The position numbers and the translations under genes are program-made. Of a stretch of DNA of 64,000 bases, positions 51,332-63,801 are shown piece after piece (position 1 is the stretch's first letter; the number at the start of each line of letters is the position of its first letter). The notes under the pieces are model-generated. The model searched no databases, was not told where the DNA came from, and saw nothing but the letters and a program-made list of their open reading frames with translations. Source of the DNA: Nageia nagi (Eukaryota; Plantae; Pinophyta); assembly GCA_050084985.1 (NCBI GenBank), contig JBITNC010000001.1:160394001-160458000 (forward strand), in the 5' to 3' direction.

Positions 51332-54300
51332 CTAGAAATGATAAATTCAATAACAAATTCAACAATCTTACCTCCTTTTTTGACTTCATGGGGATAGCCT
51401 ACACCCATTTTGTGAAGTATTCTATAGTTGTAATGATAAACTTATGGCCATCTCTTCAAGAATGGTTATTTTTACTAATAAAATCAAGTGCCCAAATAGA
51501 AAAAGATCAAGAAGAAAAATAGAGTACAATCCACAAGAAGTAGATGGTTGAAGCTTAGAATACTTTTGAAATTATTCACATTTTTTAACATGCAATTCAT
51601 AATCTTCAAGTATAGTAGGCTAATAATAACCAAGTCTAAGAAATATTTGATGAATAAATTTACCATTAAAGTTTCCACCATATTAACCATCATGAGCTTG
51701 ATAAAGGGCCATTTATACTTCATACTACATTAAGAATCTAAGAAGAGCACTACCAAAATACCTTATATATAAAAAATAACTAATGATGATATATTTTGTA
51801 GCTATATATTTAAGTTTAAATCTATCATGATGATCAAAGGCAACAGGAATTACTCTATTTTTAAGATAATAAAAACCATCATGGTACCATTCATACACAT
51901 TAATACAATTAGAAGAAAAACATTAATCTTTAACAAAATCTTCAATAACATGCTCATGAGATGGCTTAACTATCTTTTCTATTGTAAAAATAGTTTTCTC
52001 ATATTCTATATTAATAGGAGAAAGGGAAGCAGTACTAGCCATAACATCAACATAGTTGTTGCTATCTCTTGGAATACTATCAGTTTCATATTGGTAAAAT
52101 TATATCAAGAAACTTGTTACCAAGTCTTTGTATAGTTGTAACTTAACATCATTTGTATTGTATATATTGGAAACTTGTTTCATGATTAGTTGAGAATCAT
52201 TAAATATTTTTATCCTTTTTACCATTAGGAGTATTATAGCCTTCATACCTAAGACAAGAGCTTCATATTCTACCATGTTGTTAGTACAATCAAAACTTAA
52301 AAAATAAGAAACAGGGATATCATCACCATGAGGATTGATTAATATAATTCATACCCCTAATTTGTGAATGCACTTAAAACCATCAATGAAAATTGTCCAT
52401 TCATCATGTTCCATAAAATCAATACAAAAAGGAATATACTTAAGCTCTATAATGGGATGACAATGCTGAAGTTGGGCGGCAATGCTAGGATCATGAGTTG
52501 TTTGGCCTTCCACTTTATGTGGGAATTCCTATAGAGTCTTTGATACTTTATTTATTGGGTAATTTGTAATGAAATATGTTATATCATGTCCCTTAATTAA
52601 TTTTTGGGTGATAAAAATCAAATAGAACTCTTAAAGGAATATTACCCATTTTGTAGTTCTTCCAGACATGTAGGATTTGGACAAGAGATATCTGAGAGAA
52701 TTATCCTAAGCTATGACATACGTTGTATTTCCAAGTATGTACTATCATAAATTTTTGATTGATAATATGATTACAAAATACATTTTTTCTATTGGAGTGT
52801 ACCTTATCTCATAATCAAGTAATGTTTTGTTGATATAATAAATTTTTATTTCTTTATTGTTATCATTTTTATGAGCTAGCATTTCCCCTAGTGCATTTAA
52901 TGTTGCTAAAACATAAAATAAAAAACTCTTATCTAAATCGTAAGGGGTTAAAAATAGAGAATTAGTAAGGCACATTTTTATGTTATCCAAAACCTTTTGA
53001 AACTTATCATCCCAAATGAATTTATCACCTTTATTTATAAAATGAGAAAATGGAGAAGTCATATCTACTAGTTTAGCAATGAACCTTCCTCTAGCTTGAA
53101 CCTTACCTTTAAGGGTCCTCAAATCCTTCAAATTATTAGTAGGTGGTAAGTAAATAATGGATGAAACTTTCTTAAGATCCACCTTAATACCTCTTCTTTC
53201 AAAATAATGAAACCAAGTAATTTACCTAATGAATCTACAAATGCATACTTTTGAGGCTTCAATTTTAATTTGTACTCTCTCATTATTTTAAATATATTTA
53301 TCAAATCTAAAATGTAATCATAATGGTTATGGAATTAACTAAGATATCATCAACATACACCTCAACATTGTCATAGATCATATCTTGGAACATGCTTACC
53401 ATTGTTCTTTGATAAGTTGGACCTACATTCTTTAGAGAAAAAGGCATGACCACCCAATAAAATATGCACCAAGGAGTACAAAAAATGTTGTCTTAAGTTG
53501 ATCCTCCTTATTGATCCTTTTTTGATTGTATCTAGAAAAACCATACATGAAAGATGAAATTTTATGGCCTATTGTTGGATCAACAATCATATCAATGTTA
53601 GGAAAAGGAAAGGTATCTTTAGGATATGCTTTATTGATATCCCTGAAATCTATAAAACATATTATCTAACAATTACACTTAGTTATAGGAAACATGTAAG
53701 AAATCCATAGATAATAATAAATAGGAATAATAAAACCATTACCCAAGTACTTTTTGATTTTCTTTATAATCATAAGGGCTACCATAGGATGTATTTTTCT
53801 AGGTTTTTATTAAATGGGTTTAACATTGTTATTAACAACTAGACTATGAGTAATAAAATCAAGATCAAGATAAGGATTATTGGAATAAGACCAAGAAAAT
53901 ACATCAAAAAAATCTTTTAATAGTAGTCTTTCTTCCAAGGTTAACTAAGATCTTATTTTGATCAACTTTGGATCCTCTTTATTGATGTTTACTTCTATTA
54001 TTTATTTACTAACACATGAAATGTTTTCATTGAAATTGAGATGGGGAGGCATAGGAAATATCCACATTAATGCATCTAAACTCATTTGTATGATACATGG
54101 AAAATGGAGTGGCAACAATGGGATCCTAGTGGCATCGCTCTATTAAATAAGGGGAAGATTGGCCTTTTAAACACTAACTACCTAGACCTAGGACTAACTT
54201 GATAAAAAATTAACGAAAGAAAGGAAAAAGAGAAAGAAACTAAACTATAATATTTGCATCATATGTACAACCCTCATCACAAAAATAAGCCTGATATTTT

Positions 54301-56830
54301 ATGAACCATGCTGCGAGCCTCTTTTCATTAGATTTGGGAAACTCATTTCTTGTCACTAGCTTCTCAAGAATAACATCATCATTCTAGAAGATGTCCACTC
54401 AAACTAGAGCATTATGTAGTAAGAATGGATCTAGATAGTAAGCTTACAATTCTTCCATGGGATGATATATCATACCATAATGTAGTCACTCATAGAATAT
54501 ATCTCTAGTACTATTCTAATCCCTGCTATCAATATGCTAGATAGTTGGAGTTGATGAGGGTGTGCTAAGTGTGGACTCATAAAATATAATGCCATTTTTC
54601 CTATTATTTTGACTCACATTAGGAAAAGGCTCTATGATACCCTTCTCATTCTTACCTAGTCCTTTTCCACCATATTAATATTTATGCATATATTATTTTA
54701 TGAAAGCAGAATCAATACTATTGAAATACATGCTTACTTGACCTGATGATATTTGTGAGACAAAAGTAATATATTTATTTTATGATGCACTTTTTTAATC
54801 TTGTTCCTAATATAGCACACTCATTCTACAATAGGATCTTCATCCTTCCCAAGAAGGAAGCGATGATGCTTAGTTTCATCCTCATCCAGGTGGTAGCATT
54901 GGGTTCCAAGAATAGATAGGGATTGTCTAAGTTCTTTAAAGGTCTAATAGATGTCAATTTCTAGGATTTTGTATGTACCTAGACTTAACTCTTATAGGAA
55001 GATGTTGTTGATAGGAATTAGTGTGTATTCCTGACTTTCAATCAAATTTTGAGGGATCCAAAACCTCTCAACTGCTTGACATACATATGTAGGGTTGTAT
55101 TATACATGAATAGTAAATTATTTTTCTTTATGTACAAATTTAATTAATTGATGTAATGTGGAAGTAACAAACCTAAGCTTATGGATCCATGGTCTAACAA
55201 GCAACAAGTTATATATCAATTTCACTTGAAAAATATAGACCTTTTGATGAATAATTTTACCTCCCACTTCAATAGGTATAGTGATATAACCAATGGATTC
55301 TTTTTTAGTATTATTAAATGCTTTTATGCTAATTGTAGTTCTCTTCATTTTTGCATAAGTCAAAGAAAAATACTTTTACAATAATTCAAATGAATAATCA
55401 TTTACATTGGAACCAATATAAATTAATGCTTTTCTTAAGAAGAACTCCATCAATATTAACATGAATATACAATACTAGATTCATTTCTAGAATATCTTCA
55501 CTAGAAAATTTATTATCTTAAAAGCAAAGCATATTACAAACTAGATATGTATAAGAATTAGTTATTAATTCTGCAAATTTAGTAACATGAATATCTACAT
55601 CAACTTTAATATTTTTAAGTGCATTAAATGAAGATATTTATAATCAACTAAAAATTGTAAAAGTTTTAAAATTGCTAAAGGAATTATTACATATCATAAT
55701 TGGGGATGATCTTCATTCTTTTTGTAGTAGCTAGATTAACATTCCCTCTAGGCCTTCCTCTCCTAGTGGTGTCACATAGTTCCTAGTTGAGTATGACATT
55801 TATCATAAGTGGTGTCACATAGTTCCTAATTGAATATGATAATTTTTACAACTATTTCCTTAAGATCATATAAGCATTCATTTTGTGACCTTTAACCTTG
55901 TGATATTCACAAAAGTTTGCCTCATTGTACCAACTATGTTTATCATCATGGAGATGTAGTTCTTATTTTGGATCAGGTTTGTGTATCCCCTTTTGTATGA
56001 AATCCTTGAGCATAATAGTGGGAGCTAAAGGTAAGCTTGTGTTATTCCAAAAATTTGTTTTTTCTAAACGATTTTCTTGGTATTTGGATTGGGGTTCTTT
56101 TATATTATGAACCTCTTTATCTTCCTTTTTATGATACATTCCTCCCTTTGTCTCCTTAGGAGGATTTACATACTTCAAATTACCTATATCAACTAAGCAT
56201 GCCTCCTTTTGAGTAAGCTTATGCACAATTTATATATATCAAAGTGTCATGTAATTCACAACTATGAATTTTAATTTAGTATGGATGTTGTGAACATATA
56301 TAGATGTGCTATGAGACTTGGATAATGGTTCAAGACTCATACTCTATATATTTAGAAATATCTATGCAAACTAATCAAATTTTTCATTTGGTCCTTGGAT
56401 AGCACTAACTAAATATGAAATTGTCATTTGTATAGGATCATGATATTTGAAATGGATATAGAATTTTGAGATAATTTATGCATAGTAATTAATGAATTTA
56501 GTGGGTAAAGAGAAGTACCAATTGAGTGTATTACCTTTAAATGTGGTAGGAAAATACTTTTCTATAAAATTAACATTCATTTCAAACTTCATTTCAAAAT
56601 CCTTGATATGAGCCATAGGATCTCCCTCACCATGATATGAATCAAATATAGGCTTCACTTGTAGATCCAATGCCCTATTATTATGAATTTTATCTTATAA
56701 CGTATTCACATCCCTAAAAGTAGGAGTAGCAACAATGGATTAATTGTTGCCCCAATATTGGAGCCTTCACATTTATCCTCATTTATATAATGCATATTTT
56801 TCAAATTAGCTTTGGTTTCCTCATCAAATC
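51332..56830 (-). pseudogene. gag-pol relic of the outer element: gag (~56830-55880), PR (~55480-55120), G-patch-like (~54700-54625), RT (~53920-53200), RH (~52930-52570), aRH (~52400-52030), INT N-half (~51800-51332)
   Basis: FDSYHGEGDPMAHI..TFKGNTLNWYFSLP; FCEYHKVKGH; YNLLLVRPWIH; GKGLGKNEKGIIEP; YPKDTFP, GFSRYNQ, VYVDDI; WTIFIDG..TNNMVEYEAL..NDSQLI; YFTKWV*AIP. Confidence 0.92.
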
Positions 56831-56951
56831 TATTTACCATGGCAAGAAACTTAATTGATTCTATTTCTAAAACACTTAAAATTTAGTCATATCTAAAAAG
56901 ACTAGTTTCTTTAGTGCCACTAGTGAAGGATAAAGAGATGTGTCGAAAAAA

Positions 56952-56964
56952 GTTAGGTTCACCA
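56952..56964 (-). other. Primer binding site (tRNA-Trp)
   Basis: TGGTGAACCTAAC lies 2 nt after the 5' LTR; it equals TGGTGAACCCGAC (complement of the plant tRNA-Trp 3' end, recalled) with one decayed CpG. Confidence 0.75.
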
Positions 56965-56966
56965 TT

Positions 56967-57661
56967 TGTTATAATTAAAATAATAATAATTAAAGTTATT
57001 TACAACATATTCACTATAACCAATTACTTAAAAAATAATAATAAATAATGATATGAAAAATAATAATCACCTAATTAACCTTGACCTATCAAACTAAATT
57101 TACAAAAGATACAAATTTATACTTTACCTATCATGATGAATAACGATGATATTTGATCAAAATGAGATGAACAATTAGGTTTGATGAATTATAGGGCCAT
57201 AAATCCAATCTCAACCCAATACCAATGATAATATCCCAATAGTGCCACCCAAATTATCTCTCCCTTTCACTCTATATCACCATCAACCCTTCAAAGATTA
57301 GAATATCATGCAAAAATGGATGGAAAATATCATAGGAATGCATAGCTCATTGTATTAAAAAATATGATAGGTGATGGTAATAAATACTATTCAATAATGA
57401 TAAGAGCAATTTCCATATATCAAGGATTCATGATTATATCATAATTGCTTGTACAATCCCTCCATCTTTATAAAAAAGATGTCTAGTGCTAAGGCTCCTC
57501 CTTAGGCTTATTGTGATGCCAAGACAACCTATTATAGTAAAACATAAAGGTAGATAAGAGCGTATAATGATAAGAGCATTTAATTAATTAAATAAATAAA
57601 TTATTTTGAATCTTTAGAAGGGTATTTTAAATAAATTAAAATTCCTTTTTAGGTTTTAACA
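56967..57661 (-). repeat. 5' LTR of the outer Tat element
   Basis: TG...CA ends; followed by the PBS; matches 32735-33449. Confidence 0.92.
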
Positions 57662-57668
57662 CTTTGCA

Positions 57669-58340
57669 TCATGAATAAAATCGATAAGAACATTCTCCAT
57701 GATTTAAATGATATCATCACTTTGCATGTATCAAAACAATGTCCCTTATAAAAATCTTCTAAAATACTTAGTTACAGTATGACATACATCTTGCATACTC
57801 ATGTATTCTTCACAACTCTAATAATGATTTGAGGGGCAGTCTTCAACAACTCAACTGTAAATGCTAACTTTTTTCTATGTTGGAAGAGAAGTAATTTTTT
57901 ATTATAGCCTCCATATCCCATAACACATGTATTGTATATGGAACATACCCTATGTTTGTGGTGTGATATGTCTCATACAAGAAAAAAATGTACCCTTTTG
58001 TTAACTTCATTTGAACTACATCCAGGTAACTTCTTGATTCCTCTATCTTTCATCAATAACATTACTCTTTGAAAATCATTTGAGGTTCCTAATTCAAAAT
58101 AAATATTTGAATAATTATTCATCCTAGTAATGCAATAAAAATTACTACAACTACTTTTTGTATGGATGCTCATACTTTATTTGAGAAGAATGTTTGTGAA
58201 GGTTGTAGAGTTTGGATGTACATATGAAAATTGCATCTCCTTATTATCCATTTATTATGAAAAATATACATCAACATTTAAATACAACCTTCATCTCACT
58301 TGATAATTTCTCTAATTTTTCATAGATGTCTTGTGTTTAT
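57669..58340 (-). pseudogene. PPR E2/E+/DYW pseudogene fragment
   Basis: MKDRGIKKLPGCSSNEVNKRVHFFLV (PG box); GYVPYT..VLWDME..LLFQHRKKLA..LLKTAPQIIIRVVKN..VC..CHTVTK..HGECSY; stop at 57669-57671. Confidence 0.88.
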
Positions 58341-58832
58341 GGGTGCAATAAATATCCCACATGAAACTCATGAACCCTTTATCAACTTTAAATTTGGAAA
58401 ATAATTTTTAATAGTTAAATATGTAAAATATGTTCTAGTTCTAAATAAAACATTCTTCGTATTTGATCAATAGAAACTATAAAATATGCATCAAAATTTA
58501 AATAAATTACTACATATAATTTTAGCTTAGATGGTTGATATACAAATAGAAAGAAGATAATATGATGATTATAAATAAAATGGTTACAAAAAATGATAAA
58601 GATAATAGAAAAGAACAATTATGATTTTTTCCACTTCTTCATACCAAAGTACAAAGTTACTTTAAGCCCTTCTCTAACATTTATTGTTCATTGAGTATTT
58701 TTCATTTCCTTTTTTCATTTTTATGATTCTTGTACCTTCTTCTCTAGTTATTCACTCTACCATTATGTAGGATTCTTGAAATTATGCACCATGTCATTGT
58801 GCAAGACTCTTTAGATCTTGAATTAGTTTGCA

Positions 58833-59290
58833 TCACCAATAATATCCATGAGAAAATTCTCCATGTTTGAAATCATGGAATTAGTTTTCATCCCTAATAA
58901 TAATTTTTGTTGTAAAAATATTATATATAAATTCTATTGTAGTTTGACAGTCATCACATACTTGAATATTCTTCAAAACTCTAATAATGTTTCCAGGGGG
59001 AATCTTTAAAAACTTGAATACAATTGCCAACTTTTCTCTATGCTAGTAGAGAAGTAATTATTTTTCTTTAGTCTCCACATCCCTTAAACATAGGTATTTA
59101 ATTTGGAATATACCTTTCTTCCATCATATCACTTGATAATTTCTAAAAAATTACATAGATTTTTGTACCTTCATTAAGAGCTTTGATGGTGGCACATGTT
59201 GGAAAATTGTATCTGCTTAAAAGTCTTTAGAGCTTTTTCAAAAAACCCATTTTATGCATATCATGGGATCATTGTATTCCATGAGATTGC
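58833..59290 (-). pseudogene. DYW deaminase domain pseudogene with upstream PPR fragment
   Basis: LRDVETKEK*LLLY*HREKLAIVFKFLKIPPGNIIRVLKNIQVCDDCQTTIEFI..KIIIRDEN*FHDFKHGEFSHGYYW*; ISWNTMIP*YA*NGFFEKALKTFK at ~59215-59290. Confidence 0.9.
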
Positions 59291-59379
59291 AAAGAATATA
59301 GTCTTAATATCTATTGTAAAATATACTAACTTAGCTCATTCAAACATACTTTGTTCAATGTCTTAATTGAAATAAAGAA

Positions 59380-61450
59380 TACTTTTGTAAAAAGTTCATA
59401 ATATCTTAAATATAAATAAGGTATCTAATACTAATCTTATTCATAGTTTAATTTGTATTGGTACAAAAATTACAACCATATGAATTGGTATTACTTATCA
59501 AATTAGGTATTACAAATAAATTCAAATCAATTTCAACATCTAAGATCAATCAAGGTAAAAATAAATGAAAATAAGCTTATCGATATCCTTATCACATGTC
59601 TAACAACCAAGGTATAAGTTTAATACTATATATGTATCACCAATGTATCCTTATTGGTACACCATGCTCTTGAATCCTACTTTAAACCATATATTAACTT
59701 CATAAACTTGCATATGTAGGGAATTGTACTGTGAATTACAATTGTAATTGATATCCTTAACTCTCAATACAAAGCTCTACATGGAGATAACATTCATGGA
59801 ATGAGCAAAGTTAAGACCAAAGGAATACAATTTAATATATGTTTTATGCTTATTGTTGAAGTGTCTAGTTTAGCTTTTGATAAACACTTCCTTGAAAATC
59901 CAAGCCAAAAAATTCAACAATAAGTGTAATGCTTATGGCAAATTCTATTTCTTTGGACTTAATATTTCCTTCATCCTAAGAATGAGCTAGCTTTATAGAG
60001 AGCTTTGTATCCGACCCACTAAATTTCTTTAATATGCCAATAGCAAACAACATGTATGGAAATCTCTAAAGGTACATTATTTAAATATCTTCCTCAAAAT
60101 GAAATATTTTTAATTATCAAAAGAAACTTTCATAATTCATAAAGTATGAACATTGATATCTACAAGCTAGGTTAAATACCAAAATTAGAATTAAATTAAA
60201 TATTTAGTACTACCATTTTTTATCCTTGATGCATCATGCATCTTATTATAGTTTGAGTAATTGAAAAACACATACAAAGGTTATGCTATTACATTTTGAG
60301 TGATTATACTAACATGGTCTATATTTTTTTTCTATAAATCCATTTTGCATATAGGTCTACCAAGGCACTCATAACAGTAATAATGGCTAGTTGAATATGT
60401 TGTAGTATACAATTCTTGGTTTATAATGGGGAATGAAAGGTTTAATAATGCTTTGAAAGATATGAAGATAATTGGGTTAGAAAAACATGGTGATATATTT
60501 GAGGATGTTTAAGCACAAGGCTCAGTAGAAGACAAAAATATCATCAAAATACTTGGAGAAAAATATCATCAAAATATCAGTAATTTTTGACCAGTGTGCA
60601 AAATATCCATGTATTTTTAAAAATATTTTATCTTGATTACACACATATCCATATATAGGGAAGAATAATTAATTGTTGTGTTCCAAAAAGAGATTATCAA
60701 AACATATAACTTGTAATGTTGATACAAATTTACATCATCTAAATCTGGAAGATTTACTATGTTACCTTCAAAAATAATTTGATGCTATGATTAAACAATA
60801 TAAGAAGAATAAGGAACAATTACATATCATTGAAGGTGAACTAAAATCAAGAAAAGAGGGAAAAAATTGGTGAAACTAAGAAAGGTTGAGGGACCAGCTT
60901 GCAAATGTCCTAATCTAGGTTGAAGAACTTTAACTTGAAATATTTTTTCGAGTTGGTGAAAGAACTGAAAGTGTAAGAAGTTGGATAGGTTATTGAAGGT
61001 TTCTAATATGATATATTTTAATAAATTCTATAAGCTATAAATTATACTTCTCTTTTTTTAAATGACCTTGATAATATTATGTGATGTGCATGATAGAAAA
61101 GGAAATGTTATTAAGGAGCTTGGATTTTTGATACATTTATACAAATTTTGTATGCATTCAAATATACCAAGAGATTTTGGATACATGTAATTTTGATACA
61201 TCCATGTATTGACTCCTATCAATATATATCATTATATTATGGATACATTGGCTACATATCTTAAAATATTTTGGATACATGTCTTTTATATATATCCATG
61301 TATCAATATATATCCCTAAATGTCATGGATACATTACCTATATATTTGAAAACTCTTAATTATATTTTTGAAGGTGCAATACAAACATGGTGATTTTTTT
61401 AAGTAATCTTCATATGATTATTTTATTATGTGCTACATGGATATCTTTGA
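59380..61450. mobile_element. Probable hAT-like DNA transposon remnants
   Basis: Clustered GTATCC/GGATAC(AT) short motifs at 59420-59670 and 61120-61450, typical of subterminal binding-site arrays. No convincing transposase motif. Confidence 0.35.
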
Positions 61451-62126
61451 TAGTATATATTTGAAATTTCTATTAAAAAATATTTGGATCTAAGAAAAAA
61501 TAATTGAGGTATTGATGATGTGCATCTATTCTAGGTTGATTTATACATTTTGAAGTTACATATAAATATATAATATTATTTTTACAAGATAACTAACAAT
61601 TGGCATACAAAGTACAAGATTTGAATATTTTATGCTATCAAATGCTTATTTGTATTCCTTAAAGCTTGAATATTATATGTTATCAAATGGTTTTTTCTAT
61701 TCCTTAAAACTTTAATCTTATATGATGTCAAATGACCATACTTTCTTCTAGAGCTCGTATGGTGGCACACACTAAAATAATGATAGAAAAGTTTATATAG
61801 TTTGACTTTACATGTGATAATTGCATCTATATATAAAAGTCATATTTTGTAACATAGATGTGCTCTGATATGACCTTTTCATCATTTGTAATACAATTTT
61901 GTGAGATATATTTGACCAATACATGTATAAAATTTATATTGTGTAGTAAATATCTAATGTATTTTAGCAGTAAACTCTTGATATTTTATTAATAACAAGA
62001 CCTAACAGTATAACCTTTATATGTAAACTACTTAGGAACCAAACCTAATATCATAACCTTTATATGTGTTCTACTTGCACCAACCATGTAGGTCTAGTGA
62101 ATTAGGGTTATAAGTAATTTGATATC

Positions 62127-62420
62127 TTGAGTGACTCTTATAGATAATTGTTTAAAAAAATGCATGATGCAAATACAATTTTATGAATTCTAATGGTGGC
62201 AAGATATCCATAAAATAGATTTTTTGAAAAGTATTTATAGACTTTTAGATCGATACAATTATTAGATATAAAGCCAAAATCTTCCTTGAAAAACATATTA
62301 TGGTTGTGACAACCTTAATATACATGTATTCAAAATGTGGAATAATCAAGAAGAAACTTAAATGTAGTTGGATTGAAGTTGACAAAAGGATACAAGCATT
62401 TTGTGTATGATATAACCTCT
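62127..62420 (+). pseudogene. PPR P/S fragment fused to an E+ PG box
   Basis: LFKKMHDANTI..VARYP*NRFFEK; VVTTLIYMYSKCG; IKKKLKCSWIEVDKRIQAFCV. Confidence 0.8.
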
Positions 62421-62929
62421 AAGATAACAATCTTAAATGTAAGTAAGATATTCTCCATTTTATATTAAAATCAAACTAATTTCATACTAATCTTATCATT
62501 GGTAACCTAGTACTAATGGAAGTAGAGAAAGAACTTTATCTCCTTCTTGAACTCTTTGAAGAAATTATTGATAAGTGTGTTTACTTCATCAATTTTCTGT
62601 ATGGCATGCATAAGTTACCCCAAGTTGAAGAAAATTATACCATGCACTTGTTTGAAATGCACATGTGTTCAAATATTTTTAAGACAATGTCTATGTACAT
62701 GCTATAAACAGAGTAGTTACTTGCAGTTGAAGACCCTTCTATTTCATACATTCAAAAATATTTTATGAATCTATGAACTGAAAAATATTGAAAAAGAATC
62801 AAGAATTTTAATTGAACTTCATAACTCAATTTTGATTACTTCTATTTCATCTTTTGCATAATCTATTAGGAAAGTATTCACGTTTCAATTAAGTTGAAGT
62901 TATTTACATCAATCATGTAATATATACAA

Positions 62930-63040
62930 CCATTTTTCTATACCCTTTGTCCAATTTTGATGATAAAAAACCCATGCAACTAGCAAACGATACTCTTTAT
63001 CATAAAAAGTAAGCAATATGTGGAGTTGTAACTGCAATTA
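62930..63040 (+). pseudogene. Possible Ty1/Copia RNase H remnant
   Basis: DDKKPMQLANDTLYHKK.KQYVEL resembles CDNQSAIQLAKNPVFHQRSKHVE. Confidence 0.4.
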
Positions 63041-63747
63041 ACAATTAAAAAATTTAGAATCTAATTATTTTCTAAATTGTAGGTATAAAAAAAATTAATA
63101 CTCTACAATTACCTTATATTTGGTAACACTAAATATTGTGTCCATTACAATAATACTATTGTATGATAATTCAACCATCTTCTGCAACATCCAAGGACAT
63201 TGAATTCCAAGAACAAAATATTCAATCTCCTCATTTAGTCAATGATAAAGAAAATAATTCTCTTTTTTTTGTTCATACCATTTATGTACACTTATATGAT
63301 CATTATCATCTTTTTCTATCTTCAATATTTGTATCCTACATTGTAAATTTATCAATCTTTTCTCATGAAACATATATCTGTACCTATGAGTAGGTCACAA
63401 AAATAAGCCTTCAAGTACTACCCATCAAATATTCTATCAATAGATACATCTACAATTAACAATATCTCAATATGATATAGCAATTATAATGATAAATATG
63501 GAATAAGCTCTGACTTCCCCTCTTTTAATGGGTAATTTATACTATGAAAAGGAATGCCATTCAAATCCCCATGATTAAAACTATTATATACTACGAATGC
63601 AACTTCAAGTTTGCATTCATATACATGTACAAGAAAATGATACCTACATCATCTCTATTAGATAAAATACCTCTTTCTTTTTGGTGGAGGAGGGACTTTC
63701 CTATTATCTTCATGACGATATGAGCACCAATACATGAAATTACATAC

Positions 63748-63764
63748 TATGTATATGTATATAT

Positions 63765-63801
<37 letters not shown>
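63748..63801. repeat. (TA)n microsatellite
   Basis: Directly visible. Confidence 0.95.

Larger units (their letters stand above)
32735..57661 (-). mobile_element. Full-length Ty3/Gypsy Tat-clade LTR retrotransposon (gag-PR-RT-RH-aRH-INT order, as in Ogre/Retand)
   Basis: Paired LTRs, identical 5-bp TSD CTTTG (32730-32734 and 57662-57666), PBS, and all pol domains on the minus strand. Confidence 0.93.

Noticed and set aside
57669-59116. Functional DYW RNA-editing factor
   Set aside because: Multiple stops and frameshifts, loss of the catalytic Glu in one copy, and no intact upstream PLS array.
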